Origin: Candidatus Micrarchaeaceae archaeon
GTDB lineage: Archaea; Micrarchaeota; Micrarchaeia; Micrarchaeales; CABMGC01
DNA length: 17,913 nt
Assembly (NCBI GenBank): GCA_038877255.1
Contig: JAVYWZ010000014.1
Coordinates: 1 to 17,913, forward strand
Direction of reading: 5' to 3'
This document shows positions 16,385 to 17,913 of this stretch, piece after piece; the stretch's first letter is position 1, and each line of letters opens with the position of its first letter. The notes beneath the pieces are model-generated. The model saw only the letters and a program-made list of their open reading frames with translations, did not search any database and had not been told where the DNA came from. The translations under genes were made by a program, and so were the position numbers.

Positions 16385-17074
16385 ATGGACTCGCTTGAAG
16401 AGCGCATCTCCGGGGAAATAACCATGAGCGACAGCCCCGGAACTACAATGAAGAAATGGCGCGAAATATTTGGCATATCGCAGGTCGAGCTTGCAAAGCA
16501 CTTGAAGATATCAGCATCTACAATAAGCGACTACGAAGGCAATAGGCGTTCTAGCCCTGGCGTAAGCGTCATAAAGAGATTAGTCAAAGCTCTTGTTGAA
16601 ATGGACTATGAGCGCGGCGGCTCTGTAGCAAGGAATCTTGAGAAGCTAAGGCCTAAGGAAGAAGAAACAAGCATGTACTTCATACACGATTTTTCTGCGC
16701 CCATAAGCGGCGTTGACTTCGCGCGCCAAATAGACGCAAAGGTAATATCAAATCCCAATTATCTTGACGACATGAAGCTTTTCGGATATACATTGCTAGA
16801 CAGCCTGAAGGTGATACTCGAAATCTCGCCCAGCGAATATCCAAGGCTTTTCGGCTCGACCACAGATAGAGCATTCATCTTCAACGAAGTAAGCACTGGC
16901 CGTTCGCCTATGGTAGTAGTACGCGTAGCGCCGATAAAGCCCAAGGTTGTTGTAATAATGAATCTCGATACTGTAGACAAGCTTGCAATAAAAATCTCAC
17001 AGATAGAGCATGTGCCACTACTGACCACGAAGCTCACAATCGATGACATAAAGCTTAGGCTAAGCAATATCTAA
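16385..17074 (+). CDS. Archaeal Cro/C1 HTH transcriptional regulator (COG1709-type)
   Basis: ISGEITMSDSPG..MKKWREIFGISQ.ELA, ISDYEGNRRSSPG, VSTGRSPMV..RV; TTATAAAA box at 16357-16364. Confidence 0.9.
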   Translation: MDSLEERISGEITMSDSPGTTMKKWREIFGISQVELAKHLKISASTISDYEGNRRSSPGVSVIKRLVKALVEMDYERGGSVARNLEKLRPKEEETSMYFIHDFSAPISGVDFARQIDAKVISNPNYLDDMKLFGYTLLDSLKVILEISPSEYPRLFGSTTDRAFIFNEVSTGRSPMVVVRVAPIKPKVVVIMNLDTVDKLAIKISQIEHVPLLTTKLTIDDIKLRLSNI

Positions 17075-17159
17075 TTTGCCTGCGGCTCGACGACACCGCT
17101 CTCTTTTTCATGAGAAACATTTATATACTTTTGTTAATCAAAAAGGAGTAGATGGTTCT

Positions 17160-17291
17160 ATGGTAGTATATCTCGCGCAAGACGAAGACGAAGGCAACGA
17201 CGATAAAAACGGAGAGGAAGATGAAGAAGAGGAGGATTGGGACGAGGATAACGAAGACGACGGCGAAGATGAAGAAGGCGACGACTACTAA
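17160..17291 (+). CDS. Small hyper-acidic protein (43 aa)
   Basis: TTTATATA box at 17120-17127, ATG 17160, 26 of 43 residues D/E, T-rich tract after the stop. Confidence 0.6.
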   Translation: MVVYLAQDEDEGNDDKNGEEDEEEEDWDEDNEDDGEDEEGDDY

Positions 17292-17362
17292 TTGTTTTTA
17301 TTTTGTATTTTCACTTGATGTTAAATAATTATTTGCGTTTTTCTCGCATTTTTCTACTTACT

Positions 17363-17415
17363 GAGTAGTGCTCCAGGTATTCTGTGCCTTTTTATTGGCA
17401 ACAGTGGAGCTACTC
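17363..17415. terminator. Long bulged stem-loop between convergent genes
   Basis: GAGTAG/CTACTC, CTCCA/TGGAG, CTGT/ACAG and GCC/GGC nested pairings. Confidence 0.4.
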
Positions 17416-17913
17416 TTTCTTTTTAACAATAGTTGGGGCTTTGGGGGCTTTATTTTCCTCAATAATTGGGATGCTTTCCTCTTCTGTTATTCTAACCTGC
17501 TTTCTCTTTGACATTTCTTTTATGTATTGATCGTATAGCGCAGCGCCCCTGCCTTCTGGCCCGCCTTTAACAGCTGCAGCTATTATATTCATTAATCTGG
17601 GGGATTGGTTCCATTCCTCTTTAAGATTTGCAACCTGCTTCTTTGCTTCATCACTGTTTAATGTCAATGCTGCTCCTACGCCTAATGCTGCGTATTTTAT
17701 CATGTTTGTTTGGCTTGAATAGCCATGGGTTCTGTCATAAAATCTACTTACTGCAGTTTCCACAGGCACGCCATTGTTGATGTCTTCATTGAGCTTTTTC
17801 CCTGCATCTTCAATTCTTTCTAATTTTTGTACTTCGGCTTGAAGCCCATTTACTTTTTCGGTTGCTTCTTTTACTTTTTTATAATCTTTTAAACTAAAGT
17901 TTTTGGTATTGGC
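17410..17913 (-). CDS. Hypothetical protein, C-terminal part (runs off window end)
   Basis: Frame of the 17410..17769 ORF stays open to 17913 (ANTKNFSLKDYKKVKEATEKVNGLQAEVQKLERIEDAGKKLNEDINNGVPVETAVSRF...). Confidence 0.75.
   Translation of the reverse strand, partial: ANTKNFSLKDYKKVKEATEKVNGLQAEVQKLERIEDAGKKLNEDINNGVPVETAVSRFYDRTHGYSSQTNMIKYAALGVGAALTLNSDEAKKQVANLKEEWNQSPRLMNIIAAAVKGGPEGRGAALYDQYIKEMSKRKQVRITEEESIPIIEENKAPKAPTIVKKKE

Overview
Mostly housekeeping DNA from an archaeon. aeNAC, DUF424, a COG1709 regulator, GGGP synthase, TATA/BRE promoters and a bulge-helix-bulge (BHB) tRNA intron point to a DPANN lineage, probably Micrarchaeota (inference). In order: partial hypothetical gene, Cys-repeat surface protein, single-domain KaiC/RAD55 ATPase, membrane protein, NAC, DUF424, cellulose-synthase-like GT2, tRNA-Ser(CGA) with a 13-nt intron at 30/31, GTP-PEPCK, class I aminotransferase, clan GH-A glycoside hydrolase and TruD. 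A divergent cluster follows: a catalytically eroded proline dehydrogenase homolog, an NAD-dependent epimerase, GGGP synthase, an N-terminal-half-only Rqc2/NFACT and RNase Z, then tRNA-Val(GAC) and tRNA-Ala(UGC). An ~0.85 kb accessory patch (15470-16340) holds an AbiEii-like nucleotidyltransferase fragment and an orphan IS200/IS605 right end (TnpB omega-RNA-like scaffold) abutting an IS1634-like transposase fragment, which would supply its guide. The window ends with the COG1709 regulator, a 43-aa hyper-acidic peptide and a partial hypothetical gene. Best leads: the split Rqc2 next to rnz and tRNA-Ala(UGC), the orphan omega-RNA with an IS1634-derived guide, the pseudo-ProDH, and a GGGP synthase whose conserved N-terminus lacks a canonical start codon. 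All family calls come from motif recognition, not database searches.
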